The position numbers and the translations under genes were made by a program. From positions 8,268-72,267 of the forward strand of contig JADJIA010000006.1 of the NCBI GenBank assembly GCA_016707285.1: a stretch of DNA of 64,000 bases, in the 5' to 3' direction. Origin of the DNA: Ignavibacteriales bacterium. Lineage in GTDB: Bacteria; Bacteroidota; Ignavibacteria; Ignavibacteriales; Ignavibacteriaceae. Below the pieces are notes generated by a model. The model ran no database searches and was not told the origin of the DNA. It worked only from the letters and a program-made list of their open reading frames with translations. Positions 47,276 through 57,055 of this stretch are shown one piece after another. Each line of letters opens with the position of its first letter. The stretch's first letter is position 1.

Positions 47276-50081
47276 AGAGAAACTTTCCCGTTACACTCTT
47301 TTTGTTTAATTTTATCTCCTCCGGAGTGCCTTCTGCAACTATCCTCCCTCCCGAGTCACCTCCACCGGGGCCCAAATCGATAACCCAATCAGCTGCATTC
47401 ACAACATCAAGATTATGCTCCACTACAACTACCGTGTTCCCTTTGTCAACAAGTTTGTTAATCACTTTAAGTAACACTTTTACATCTTCAAAGTGGAGTC
47501 CGGTTGTTGGTTCATCCATAAAATAGATTGTTTTCCCTGTGGAAATTTTACTCAGTTCTGTCGCCAGTTTTACCCGTTGAGCCTCACCCCCCGAAAGAGT
47601 GGTTGCTTGTTGACCAAGCCTTAGGTAACCCAGACCAACATCATAAATCGATTGTATTTTTCTCTTTATCCTTGGCATGTCTTCAAAAAAATCGAGAGCT
47701 TCAGTTACTGTCATTTCGAGTACATCATCAATGGATTTTGTTTTGTAAAGCACTTCAAGTGTCTCACGGTTATATCTCCTTCCATGGCAGACATCACATT
47801 TTACATATACATCGGGAAGAAAATTCATTTCAATTTTTTTTAACCCGTCTCCACCGCAAGCTTCACATCTTCCACCGGTAACATTAAAGCTGAATCTGCC
47901 GGGTGCATATCCCCTCATTTTGGATTCGGGAAGTTGCGTAAAAAGGTCCCTAATGTAGGTGAATAATCCTGTATAAGTGGCGGGATTCGACCTGGGGGTT
48001 CTGCCGATTGGTGATTGATCAACTTCGATAACTTTGTCAACAAATTTGAGTCCTTCAACTGAATCATACGGAAGTGGAACATCTTTTGTTTTGTAGATGT
48101 CAATCATCAGAATTTTTACAAGTGTCTCATTTATCAATGAGGATTTCCCGGAACCGCTTACTCCGGTTATCGCAACAAATTTGCCGAGAGGAAGATTCAG
48201 GTCAACCGATTTAAGATTATTTCCCTTCGCTCCTTTTAATGCAAGCTGTTGTCCGCTCCCCTCTCTTCTGGTTTTAGGTGTTGAGACAAATCGTCTGTTC
48301 TGAAGATAATCGAGAGTTAATGACCCCTGAAAATTTTTATCCTTTAACAATTTGTCAGTTTCACCCATAGCCACCACTACCCCACCATGTTCACCGGCCG
48401 CAGGGCCAAGATCAATCAGATAATCGGAGCTCTCAATCGTTTCTTTATCGTGCTCAACTACAATTATAGTATTGTCGAGATCTCGAAGCATTTTAAGTGA
48501 ATTTATCAGTCTTACATTGTCTCTCTGATGTAACCCGATAGATGGCTCATCAAGAACATATAAAACTCCGGCAAGTTGAGTACCAATCTGAGTCGCCAAA
48601 CGAATTCTTTGCGATTCGCCACCGGAGAGACTTCTTGCACTTCTTCCAAGGGTAAGGTAGTCGAGCCCGACATTCAACAGGAATTCAAGCCTCGATTTAA
48701 TTTCTTTCAGAATTGGATTTGCAATAATCTCATCTCTGCCAAAAAGTTTGGTCTCCGTGAAAAAATCGCGACAGTCTTTTATTGATAAAGCAGTAATCTC
48801 ACTGATGTTTTTACCCCCAAACAAAACAGCAAGTGACTCTTTTTTTAGTCTGCCCCCGTTGCATGAGTTGCATTTACCAATATTCATGTATGATTCAACC
48901 CATTCTCTAATTTTTGCGGAAGAGGTTGAATTAAAATAGTTTTGTAAATAGCCCAAAACACCTGAAAATCTGTGTTTATAAGCCACTTCTTTTTTGCCGC
49001 CGTAGCTGTAGAAAAACTCATATTTCTCTTTTGAACCATGGAGTACAATATCACGGGCTTCTTTGGAGAGATCTTTTAACGGGGTGTCAAAGGTGAATCC
49101 AAATTTCTTGGATAATGTTTCGAGTTGGTTAAAAATATAAATTGAACGGGGTTTCCCGAGAGCCGCTATCCCCTCTTCATTTATCGATTTATTCCAGTCG
49201 GGGATGATCAATTTTAAGTCAAATTCTTTTTTTTCGCCCAATCCATCACAGTCGGGACAAGCTCCAAAATTAGAATTAAAAGAAAACGAATTTGGAGCAA
49301 GATCCTGGTAGCCTGTTCCACAAGATGGACAACTTAAGTGACGGCTAAAAAGGTGGTCAATCTTTCCATCATTCACCATCATTACACCATTCCCGTAATT
49401 CAAAGCCACATCAACCGAGGATTCAAGTCGCTCTGTAACTTCATCCTTTACGATAAACCGGTCGATCATAATGTCGATATTATGAATTTTGTACCGGTCA
49501 AGTTGTAACCCTTTTTCAATTTCCTTCAACTCACCGTCAACTCTCACTTTAAGGAAACCATCTTTGGCGGTATCTTCAAAAAGTTCTCTGTAGTGACCTT
49601 TTCGTCCTCTTATAACGGGTGCAAAGATTGAAATCTTTTTGCCGGAAAATTCCCTTCCAATCTTCTCTAATATTTGCCCGGGATTTTGTTTCTGCACCGG
49701 AGTGCCACAATTGTAACAATTTATTACACCAAGTCGCGCATAAAGCAATCTAAGATAATCATAGATTTCAGTAACAGTCCCAACTGTTGATCGTGGGTTA
49801 CCCGAGGTTACTTTTTGTTCAATTGATATTGCAGGACTTAATCCTTCTATCAAATCAACATCCGGTTTTTCGAGCATGTCGAGGAATTGCCGTGCGTAAG
49901 CTGAAAGACACTCAATGTATCTCCGCTGACCTTCTGCATATATGGTATCAAATGCCAGCGAAGATTTACCTGAACCGGAAAGTCCGGTTATTACAGTAAA
50001 TGAGTTGCGGGGGATTTCAATGTCAATGTTTTTAAGGTTGTGTTCGCGGGCGCCTTTTACAATAATCTTATCTTGAAACAA
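47274..50081 (-). CDS. uvrA: Excinuclease ABC subunit A
   Basis: [23 protein letters not shown], zinc-finger cysteines, a second Walker [11 protein letters not shown], and LSGGEAQR signatures. Apparent TTG start. Confidence 0.96.
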   Translation of the reverse strand: MFQDKIIVKGAREHNLKNIDIEIPRNSFTVITGLSGSGKSSLAFDTIYAEGQRRYIECLSAYARQFLDMLEKPDVDLIEGLSPAISIEQKVTSGNPRSTVGTVTEIYDYLRLLYARLGVINCYNCGTPVQKQNPGQILEKIGREFSGKKISIFAPVIRGRKGHYRELFEDTAKDGFLKVRVDGELKEIEKGLQLDRYKIHNIDIMIDRFIVKDEVTERLESSVDVALNYGNGVMMVNDGKIDHLFSRHLSCPSCGTGYQDLAPNSFSFNSNFGACPDCDGLGEKKEFDLKLIIPDWNKSINEEGIAALGKPRSIYIFNQLETLSKKFGFTFDTPLKDLSKEARDIVLHGSKEKYEFFYSYGGKKEVAYKHRFSGVLGYLQNYFNSTSSAKIREWVESYMNIGKCNSCNGGRLKKESLAVLFGGKNISEITALSIKDCRDFFTETKLFGRDEIIANPILKEIKSRLEFLLNVGLDYLTLGRSARSLSGGESQRIRLATQIGTQLAGVLYVLDEPSIGLHQRDNVRLINSLKMLRDLDNTIIVVEHDKETIESSDYLIDLGPAAGEHGGVVVAMGETDKLLKDKNFQGSLTLDYLQNRRFVSTPKTRREGSGQQLALKGAKGNNLKSVDLNLPLGKFVAITGVSGSGKSSLINETLVKILMIDIYKTKDVPLPYDSVEGLKFVDKVIEVDQSPIGRTPRSNPATYTGLFTYIRDLFTQLPESKMRGYAPGRFSFNVTGGRCEACGGDGLKKIEMNFLPDVYVKCDVCHGRRYNRETLEVLYKTKSIDDVLEMTVTEALDFFEDMPRIKRKIQSIYDVGLGYLRLGQQATTLSGGEAQRVKLATELSKISTGKTIYFMDEPTTGLHFEDVKVLLKVINKLVDKGNTVVVVEHNLDVVNAADWVIDLGPGGGDSGGRIVAEGTPEEIKLNKKSVTGKFL

Positions 50082-50154
50082 TTTACTTCCGGGTTAAAAA
50101 AACCAAAATCTATATATATATTTAAAACAAACTTTTTGTGAATTAAATTTCATC

Positions 50155-50787
50155 ATGGCAGACAAAATTCAATCATACACTACTATTAAATCAAAATCAG
50201 AATCGAAATATAAAGAGAAGGGATCAATCTTTCTTGCATTTGCACACCCCATAAATTCAATTTTCGATTTTGATGAAATCCTCCACGCTTATCGTAAACA
50301 ATTTTATGACGCCGTTCACCACTGTTCGGCTTACAAACTGATCGATGGTTCTTTCAAATATTCCGACGATGGTGAACCCGGTGGAACCGCCGGTTTGCGA
50401 ATTTTTAGCGCAATCGAACGTGCCGGACTTAACAACTGTGCTGTTATCGTGGTCAGATATTTTGGAGGGGTAAAATTAGGAACCGGTCCGCTGGGAAAAG
50501 CCTACTACGAAACGGCAAACGAAGCACTCTCAAATGCAGAAAAAATCTTTTTCCATCGATTCGACAGGTATGGTTTTTCTGCCCCTTATGAATTATCATC
50601 GTTTTTATATCGACACTTAACAAACGATTATGTAAAAATCAACAGTTCCGATTATGCAACCGGAATAAACCTTGATACATTCCTCAGAAGTGATTCTGCT
50701 TCTAAAATAATAGAAGAAATTATCGCAGGGGCAAACGGGCAGGTGGAAATTATCGATAAAAAGGAGGAGAGATTCTTTGAACTTTAG
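50155..50787 (+). CDS. yigZ: YigZ/IMPACT-family (UPF0029) protein
   Basis: KGSIFLAFAHP..., DDGEPGGTAGLRI, AVIVVRYFGGVKLG are typical of the family. Confidence 0.85.
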   Translation: MADKIQSYTTIKSKSESKYKEKGSIFLAFAHPINSIFDFDEILHAYRKQFYDAVHHCSAYKLIDGSFKYSDDGEPGGTAGLRIFSAIERAGLNNCAVIVVRYFGGVKLGTGPLGKAYYETANEALSNAEKIFFHRFDRYGFSAPYELSSFLYRHLTNDYVKINSSDYATGINLDTFLRSDSASKIIEEIIAGANGQVEIIDKKEERFFEL

Positions 50788-50880
50788 AACCTCGGAACTT
50801 CAGAACCTCGGAACTTCAGAACTTCAGAACCTCGGAACCTCGGAACCTCGGAACCTCGGAACCTCGGAACTTCAGAACCA
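50779..50880 (+). repeat. 8-bp tandem repeat array (GAACCTCG / GAACTTCA), about 12.75 units
   Basis: Unit order: GAACTTTA, CCTCG, TTCA, CCTCG, TTCA, TTCA, CCTCG x5, TTCA, then a partial GAACCA. The first unit contains the yigZ stop TAG (50785-50787). Confidence 0.95.
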
Positions 50881-51004
50881 AACAATTCTATCCGCGTTCA
50901 TCCGCCTCATCCGTTTCATTCGCGTTCTATTAAAAATTCCGCTCTGCGTAACTCTGTTTAATCTGCGAGTATCTCCCGAAGGGATGCCTTCGGCATGCAG
51001 TCCC
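50881..51004 (+). repeat. Composite intergenic repeat, copy C (3' modules)
   Basis: ATCCGC-type units of about 10 bp (TATCCGCGTTCATCCGCCTCATCCGTTTCATTCGCG). The terminal module is CTGCGTAACTCTGTTTAATCTGCGAGTATCTCCC (50944-50977). A 7-bp hairpin CCGAAGG/CCTTCGG (50976-50993) follows, and the copy ends TCCCC at the stop of the converging gene. Confidence 0.7.
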
Positions 51005-51595
51005 CTAAAATCTCTCTGCTTGTAGGAAAGTCTGTTGTAGTAGAGTCATTATTTTATTTTCAACGGTTTTGCCGTCGGGTGGGAGTTTTCCATATGACCA
51101 TTTGTTTTCAAACGGGTTGAATGAGAATCTAATAGCTACATCTCTTTTATTATCATAGTGATAAACATTAATCCAATTTAATTTTACAAAAGACACAAAT
51201 CCCAGTATTATCGGCTCGTTTTCCGATAACATCACATATCGTTCTTTTCCATGTTTTGCTTTGTTTCGTAACAATAACAGTATTATCGGATGGAGTGGAA
51301 GTTCGGCTAATTTTGTTGCAGTATGTTTGCTTACAAACCGGATTTCCATCGACTTCATGAAATCTCCATGATTCTGCAAAAAATCGCTGCAATTACATTC
51401 AATCCTGGTGATTTTATTTAAAGTTGAAGCGTCCAACTTTACACCATAACCCAAAACCGGTTTAAAGTAAAAGTTCCGATTGTGCTCCTCCATGCTGCTA
51501 ATCGCATCCCGAAGATCATCAAATTCACGCAGTCCTTTTTTGAGCGGTCTTTTAATCTTTTTATCTGATATTTCGATTTTATCTTCTTTTTTCAT
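51005..51595 (-). CDS. Hypothetical protein
   Basis: A 196-aa ORF with a basic N-terminus and no signal peptide. The only motif noted is CNCSDFLQNH, a weak and incomplete resemblance to a SWIM CxC...H finger. Confidence 0.6.
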   Translation of the reverse strand: MKKEDKIEISDKKIKRPLKKGLREFDDLRDAISSMEEHNRNFYFKPVLGYGVKLDASTLNKITRIECNCSDFLQNHGDFMKSMEIRFVSKHTATKLAELPLHPIILLLLRNKAKHGKERYVMLSENEPIILGFVSFVKLNWINVYHYDNKRDVAIRFSFNPFENKWSYGKLPPDGKTVENKIMTLLQQTFLQAERF

Positions 51596-51724
51596 CGGAT
51601 TCCGGCGGGTTGGCTAAATTATCGTCCAAAATGAATTACATTCAAAACATCAAATTTACCCAAAATTTAATAATTGAATATCTTTACATTTGGTTAAGAT
51701 TTTTAAACATTTTTTGATATTGCT

Positions 51725-52891
51725 TTGAAACGACCTCTGCTCCTGCTCCCTGTATTATTAATCTCATACCTTATTCTCGTTCTTCCGGGTTGCTCTCTCG
51801 GAAGCAATTATATAAAAAAAGGTGAATCGTTTAAGCCAACGGCTGAAAAAAATGCCATTTACACACTCTATCTGATCGGCGATGCCGGAAAAACCCTGAG
51901 TGATGACCCTGAACCTGCGCTTATTTCTCTAAGTAGTGAAATCTTAAAATCGAACCCTGATTCTACACTTGTTGTTTTTCTCGGCGATAACATCTATGAC
52001 CACGGTCTCCCTGATGAAAATCACCCTGACAGATCGAAGGCTGAGAACTATATAAAAGACCAGATTAATGCCCTTGGCGCAAATCATCGGGCACTTTTTA
52101 TCGCCGGCAATCATGATTGGGACAACAATTCACCCATGGGAAATAAACTGATGAAAAATCAGGAGTTGTTTATTCGAAAATACAGCTCAGCACGAGCACA
52201 ACTTCTTCCGGAAAATGGATGCCAGGGTCCTGATTTTCTCGATATAAATGAAAACCTGCGCCTGATCTATTTCGACAGTCAACGGCTTTTCAGAGATTGG
52301 TTGGATATCCCCGATTCATCGGAGTGTAAACCAATCGATTTGAATTCATTTTTTAACAATCTCGAATTGATATTAAAAAACTCAAATGGAAGAAAGTGTA
52401 TTCTATTGCACCACCATCCTTTCATAACCTACGGGGAACATGGTGGAAAATTTGATTGGAAAAAACACATCTTCCCTCTCACTGCTTTCAACAAATATTT
52501 TCTTCTACCGCTGCCTGTTGTCGGTTCTCTCTACCCGATTCTCAGGAGTAATGGAATCACTCCACAGGATATGTCAAATGATGTTTATGGCAACTACACT
52601 GCCAAAATGCGTGAAATTTCCAAAAAGTACAATCCCGTCTTTTCAGCCTCGGGGCATGAACATTCTCTCCAGGTAATCAGAGACCCTGTCAGTAATACCA
52701 TTCAGATTATTTCAGGGAAAGGAACCCGCCTGACAGATGGAACAGTTTCCACCGGCGAAGGCACAATTTTCGCCTCTCCCTTCTCCGGTTTTATGAAATA
52801 TGAAATTTATGCTGATGGAACCTCCCTTCTCACCGTAATTGTGCCTGATGACGAAGGAAAAGCCGCAGAAGTTTTTTATTTTCCATTGTAA
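51725..52891 (+). CDS. Calcineurin-like metallophosphoesterase lipoprotein
   Basis: Lipobox VLPGCS. Metallophosphoesterase motifs LIGDAG, FLGDNIYD, AGNHDW, HHHP, SGHEHS. Apparent TTG start. Confidence 0.85.
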   Translation: MKRPLLLLPVLLISYLILVLPGCSLGSNYIKKGESFKPTAEKNAIYTLYLIGDAGKTLSDDPEPALISLSSEILKSNPDSTLVVFLGDNIYDHGLPDENHPDRSKAENYIKDQINALGANHRALFIAGNHDWDNNSPMGNKLMKNQELFIRKYSSARAQLLPENGCQGPDFLDINENLRLIYFDSQRLFRDWLDIPDSSECKPIDLNSFFNNLELILKNSNGRKCILLHHHPFITYGEHGGKFDWKKHIFPLTAFNKYFLLPLPVVGSLYPILRSNGITPQDMSNDVYGNYTAKMREISKKYNPVFSASGHEHSLQVIRDPVSNTIQIISGKGTRLTDGTVSTGEGTIFASPFSGFMKYEIYADGTSLLTVIVPDDEGKAAEVFYFPL

Positions 52892-52902
52892 AAAGAGAAA
52901 AA

Positions 52903-52948
52903 TTTGTAAATGACCCTTTTAGAAGTTTGTAAATGACCCACTCAGAAG
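52903..52948 (+). repeat. 23-bp tandem duplication spanning the start codon of the next gene
   Basis: TTTGTAAATGACCCTTTTAGAAG (52903-52925) / TTTGTAAATGACCCACTCAGAAG (52926-52948), with 20 of 23 positions identical. Confidence 0.9.
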
Positions 52949-54423
52949 CTTGCGACATTTTAGGCATTAAAGAAGGTGCCGATCCCGATGTGGTTACTAA
53001 AGCTTTCAATAAGCTAAATAGTGACCTCACCCGTCAAATCGACAACTCAACTTCAAAATTTTTAAGGGAAACCCTCTTTAAAAATAAAAAAGCACTCGAA
53101 GAAGCTTATAAACTTTTGATTAAAGGTTCTGAAACGGAAGGATCAATCTCTTTTAGTGATGCATATGCATTATTGGTCGCTTCGGAAGATGACCCGCTGA
53201 GTATGATTGAAGCGAAATTTGTGAATCTTAAAGAAGAATATGGTTTTGGACTAAGGGCACCAAACAAAAAAATCAGAGAGATTGCAGCAGCAGATATTCA
53301 AATTCTCACCGGGGTTTTTGAACATATAATCAGCAATATCAAAAAGCCAAAGCTCGAAGATCTGCCCCAAAGTTTTGTGGAATCCATAAGAGATGAAGCA
53401 AGAAGTAAGTTAAAAGCCGATTTCGAGGTTACTCTCTCAGATTTGACGAAAACTCTGAACGAGACCACTGAAAAATATCAGGATGAAATTTCCAGTCTCG
53501 TCGCATCAAAGAAAAAGCTTCTGAATGATCTTCTCCAACTGTTTGATGATGTTTCAAAAAAAGATCACGAGTATTGCAGATTGTCGGCTGCAAAGCTTGA
53601 AGAAAAACATCAAATTGGTGGTCTGTTGTCAAAAATTGATGCAATTTTTGAATCAGGAATAAAAACACTCCCAAAAGGGAGTCAAATAGTCCAGGAGCTT
53701 AAAAACGAACCTGACAAAACAGGTTTTGGTATTGAAAATGTAAATATCGAAATCGCAGATGAAAACATCGATAAATTTATCCTCAAACAGAGTAAGATGT
53801 TTGACCCAAAACCGACTCCGCAATTTCAACAAATGTCTGAACAGGAAGAATCAATAGATTCAAAAACAGTGGCTGAAAAACTTTTTAGTGAAGGAAGATA
53901 TCAGGATGCTCTTTTCTATTTTAAGGAAGCAAAATCTGATCAACCACTCGACTATTCCCTCGAAGTTTATATCCAGGAACTTGAACATCTCGTAAACCAA
54001 CCCGTTGACGATGAGTCCGCTACAAACAATAAAGGATTTGAGAATTATGAACTTGAAGCTTATGAGGAGGTATTAAGAGACGCTAATAATCTAAGGTCGG
54101 TAAAAAACTTCCCGGCAGCATTGGAAATTTATAATACTTTGTTGGTAAGTGACCCGGAAAACCCCTATCTGCTTTATTGCAAAACCGAGTGTGAAGACGG
54201 AATTAAAAGATCGGGTGAGAAGAAACCTGCTGCAGCTGCCAATGTAAGGCAAACCACTACAGAGATGTTGACACTAAAAAGAACAGGTGACGAGTTTTTT
54301 AATCAAAAGAAATTTAATGAAGCGCTTGGCTATTATCGCCAGGCTCTAAAACTTAACCCTGATGATATTTATCTTCAGATTATTATCGACCAGTGCACTA
54401 AAGCAATCACCAATGAAAACTAA
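52933..54423 (+). CDS. J-like domain / TPR-repeat protein
   Basis: The N-terminal ACDILGIKEGADPDVVTKAFNKLNSDL resembles J-domain helices I-II but lacks HPD. C-terminal TPR-like repeats (GRYQDALFYFKEA, FPAALEIYNTLLVSDPENP, FNEALGYYRQALKLNPDD). Confidence 0.7.
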   Translation: MTHSEACDILGIKEGADPDVVTKAFNKLNSDLTRQIDNSTSKFLRETLFKNKKALEEAYKLLIKGSETEGSISFSDAYALLVASEDDPLSMIEAKFVNLKEEYGFGLRAPNKKIREIAAADIQILTGVFEHIISNIKKPKLEDLPQSFVESIRDEARSKLKADFEVTLSDLTKTLNETTEKYQDEISSLVASKKKLLNDLLQLFDDVSKKDHEYCRLSAAKLEEKHQIGGLLSKIDAIFESGIKTLPKGSQIVQELKNEPDKTGFGIENVNIEIADENIDKFILKQSKMFDPKPTPQFQQMSEQEESIDSKTVAEKLFSEGRYQDALFYFKEAKSDQPLDYSLEVYIQELEHLVNQPVDDESATNNKGFENYELEAYEEVLRDANNLRSVKNFPAALEIYNTLLVSDPENPYLLYCKTECEDGIKRSGEKKPAAAANVRQTTTEMLTLKRTGDEFFNQKKFNEALGYYRQALKLNPDDIYLQIIIDQCTKAITNEN

Positions 54424-54770
54424 GGCTTATTGGTAACACTGTCTTTAAGTGACACTATTCTCTCCTCCATGAGTAACATAAAATCTTTATAATCTTCAGG
54501 ATTTTTCATGTAAAAATCGACTGTTTTATCATATAGATTTCTGTTCACTCCATTCCTTTTCAGAATTTCTTCAAGTGCCGGTTTCATAAACATGGCTGAA
54601 GTGCCAAGACTGTCTTGAGCCTTTAGCACTTCTAAATAGATCGTGACAAATTTTTCTTCCGGTATTATTTCCACTTCCTTTTTGCTGCAAGAAAAAAACA
54701 AAAAGGGAATTGAAAACAGAAACAGGAAAAAGAGAAGTTTCTCCCTTCTTCCCAAAAAAAACTTAATCAC
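54420..54770 (-). CDS. Small lipoprotein (DUF4296-like)
   Basis: A GTG start at 54770 gives (M)IKFFLGRREKLLFFLFLFSIPFLFFSC, a lipoprotein signal. The longest ORF (to 54848) would overlap the rhomboid gene by 86 nt. The family assignment is tentative. Confidence 0.55.
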   Translation of the reverse strand: MIKFFLGRREKLLFFLFLFSIPFLFFSCSKKEVEIIPEEKFVTIYLEVLKAQDSLGTSAMFMKPALEEILKRNGVNRNLYDKTVDFYMKNPEDYKDFMLLMEERIVSLKDSVTNKP

Positions 54771-55728
54771 CCTTTTTCGACATCCTGTTGCTCGCCTCAA
54801 AAAGTATTTTTTTCTCTTTTTCTGAAAGGTTTTTGTAACCTGACACACTTATTTTATCAAGAATCCTGTCAATCTCTTCCTGAGTTATTGAGTCATCAGA
54901 TACATCCTTAAACTTTGCATCAACTACTCTGTCACTCCCCTTTTTTGTTCCAAATCCAAAATTAAAACCCTGTTTTGGCTTCTGAGTGGTTGTGGGACCT
55001 CCTGAGAAGTGGTCATCATCGTCATCGTCTCGATTGTAAGGATATCCTGACGAAAATTGATTTGGTCCTCTTCCGCCTTTAAGTCTCGTCTTAAACGGAA
55101 AATAAACTGCCGGATCAAAAAAGAGGAAGAGAAATCCGGTTATCGCTCCACCGATATGAGCGAGATGTGCAACATTTGAATTTGCGTTTCCAAACATAAA
55201 AAGATCGAGAAGGATCATAAATCCTATCAAATACTTCGCTTTTACCGGGAGAAGGAAATAGATATAAATGTACCTGTCAGGGTTGAAAAGTGCAAACGCA
55301 ATCATCACTCCATAAAGGGAACCTGAAGCTCCAACAGTGATTGCCGGATCAACTCCCAATAATGGTGTTGCCAAATGAAGCAGACCGGCGCCAACCCCGG
55401 AAGCAAGATAAAAAATTAGAAACTTCTTCGAACCAAGGGTATATTCAACCTCGGTGCCAAACATCCAAAGTGCAAAAAGATTAAAAAAGATGTGGCTAAA
55501 ATTGGCATGCATAAATTGATAAGTAAACAATTGCCACGGAAGAAACCCATCGCCAACAGGGAAAAGTGCAAAAAATCGAGTGAACATTGAGCTAAGAGGC
55601 TCACCCCCTGACCTGATTCCCTCAGTCATCATTTCAATAAAAAACACTGCAACATTTGCAATGAGAAGACTTTTAATTACAGGGGAAATAAATCCAAAAC
55701 CGACCGGGCGGTAGTTTCCGTTTGACAT
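54763..55728 (-). CDS. Rhomboid-family intramembrane serine protease with a long C-terminal cytoplasmic tail
   Basis: HANFSHIFFNLFALW, catalytic GASGSLYG, and AHLAHIGGAITG. A tail of about 110 aa contains DDDDDD and EEIDRILDKISVSGYKNLSEKEKKIL. Confidence 0.88.
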   Translation of the reverse strand: MSNGNYRPVGFGFISPVIKSLLIANVAVFFIEMMTEGIRSGGEPLSSMFTRFFALFPVGDGFLPWQLFTYQFMHANFSHIFFNLFALWMFGTEVEYTLGSKKFLIFYLASGVGAGLLHLATPLLGVDPAITVGASGSLYGVMIAFALFNPDRYIYIYFLLPVKAKYLIGFMILLDLFMFGNANSNVAHLAHIGGAITGFLFLFFDPAVYFPFKTRLKGGRGPNQFSSGYPYNRDDDDDDHFSGGPTTTQKPKQGFNFGFGTKKGSDRVVDAKFKDVSDDSITQEEIDRILDKISVSGYKNLSEKEKKILFEASNRMSKKGD

Positions 55729-55740
55729 CTGATTCCTTCA

Positions 55741-55775
55741 ATTTAAGAAAGGAGTTGCCCCTTCAGGGCAACTCC
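55741..55775 (-). terminator. Rho-independent terminator after pgk
   Basis: A 10-bp stem GGAGTTGCCC (55751-55760) / GGGCAACTCC (55766-55775). On the minus strand it is followed by TTTCTTAAATT. Confidence 0.75.
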
Positions 55776-55784
55776 ATCCAAATA

Positions 55785-56981
55785 TTAAGCATTATTAAGA
55801 ACATCTACTCCGGGTAGAACTTTCCCTTCCAAAAATTCGAGGGAAGCTCCTCCGCCTGTAGAGACATGAGTAACTTTATCTTTTAATCCGGCCTTTGCGA
55901 TTGCCGCAGCAGAGTCGCCTCCACCAACAACCGTAACTGAGCCGGCGGCTGTTGCCTCAACAAGCGCTTGTGAAATTGCATCAGTTCCGAGAGCATAGTT
56001 ATCAAATTCAAAAACACCCATCGGACCATTCCAGACAACAGTTTTTGATTTTTTGATAGCTTCTGAAAACAATTTAATTGTTTCAGGTCCAATATCCAAA
56101 CCCATCTTGTCAGACGGCATTTTATCTACTTGAACAGTCTCAGCGGGTGATTCATTACTAAACTCTGCTGTAACTCTAACATCAATCGTAAGCAAAAAGT
56201 TTAATCCCCTGCCTTTTATTTTTTCGAGGAGCTCTTTTGCCAGGTCAACTTTCTCAGCTTCGAGTAGTGAAGTACCAATTTCATAACCCATTGCCTTAAA
56301 GAATGTATAAGCCATTCCACCACCGATTATGAGGGTGTCCACTTTGTCGAGAATGTTGTTGATAACATCAATTTTACCCGATATCTTTGCTCCGCCCAAG
56401 ATCGCACAATAAGGACGAACAGGTACGGAAAGGGCACTGCCAAGATAGTCAAGTTCTTTTTGCATCAGATAACCTGAAACTGCCGATTTAACAAATTTGG
56501 TGACACCTTCCGTTGAGGCATGTGCGCGATGAGCGCTTCCAAATGCATCATTAACATAAATATCCGCAACTTTGGAGAGTTTTTCAGCGAAAACCGGATC
56601 ATTGGCTTCCTCTTCCGGATGGAATCGAAGATTTTCCAATAATAAAACTTCGCCGGCTTTCAGATTATTGGCAAGTTTTTCAACTTCTTCTCCAATACAA
56701 TCTGGCGCAAACTTTACTTCCTGACCAATCAATTGTGCCAATCTCTCAGCAACGGGTTGCAGGGTGTATTTAGGATTAACTTTCCCTTTGGGTCTTCCAA
56801 GATGACTCATTAAAATTGTTTTACCACCATCTGCAATTATTTTTTTAATTGTGGGCAGAGATTCAATTATTCTGTTGTCATCGGTTACATTTAAGTTTTC
56901 ATCAAGGGGGACATTAAAATCGACCCTCACAAGTATTTTTTTATCTTTTAATTCAACATTATCTATTGTCAATTTTTTCAT
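55785..56981 (-). CDS. pgk: Phosphoglycerate kinase
   Basis: [18 protein letters not shown], and GGGDSAAA near the C-terminus. Confidence 0.96.
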   Translation of the reverse strand: MKKLTIDNVELKDKKILVRVDFNVPLDENLNVTDDNRIIESLPTIKKIIADGGKTILMSHLGRPKGKVNPKYTLQPVAERLAQLIGQEVKFAPDCIGEEVEKLANNLKAGEVLLLENLRFHPEEEANDPVFAEKLSKVADIYVNDAFGSAHRAHASTEGVTKFVKSAVSGYLMQKELDYLGSALSVPVRPYCAILGGAKISGKIDVINNILDKVDTLIIGGGMAYTFFKAMGYEIGTSLLEAEKVDLAKELLEKIKGRGLNFLLTIDVRVTAEFSNESPAETVQVDKMPSDKMGLDIGPETIKLFSEAIKKSKTVVWNGPMGVFEFDNYALGTDAISQALVEATAAGSVTVVGGGDSAAAIAKAGLKDKVTHVSTGGGASLEFLEGKVLPGVDVLNNA

Positions 56982-57007
56982 TTTATTGCCGTGTTTAAGT
57001 TACACCA

Positions 57008-57036
57008 TAAAAAAAAGACGCAGCCGAAACTGCGTC
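57008..57036 (-). terminator. Rho-independent terminator between gap and pgk
   Basis: Stem GACGCAG (57017-57023) / CTGCGTC (57030-57036). On the minus strand it is followed by T8 (the A-run at 57009-57016). Confidence 0.8.
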
Positions 57037-57055
57037 GTAGAAAATAATTACTGAA

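Noticed and set aside
50779-50880. Possible CRISPR array
   Set aside because: The units are 8 bp and contiguous, with no spacers, and there are no cas genes. It is a microsatellite-type tandem repeat.
50777-51025. 82-aa ORF (SELQNLGTSELQNLGTSEPRNLGTSE...)
   Set aside because: It is simply the translation of the 8-bp tandem array and the repeat element. The periodic peptide is a repeat artefact, and it overlaps the yigZ stop.
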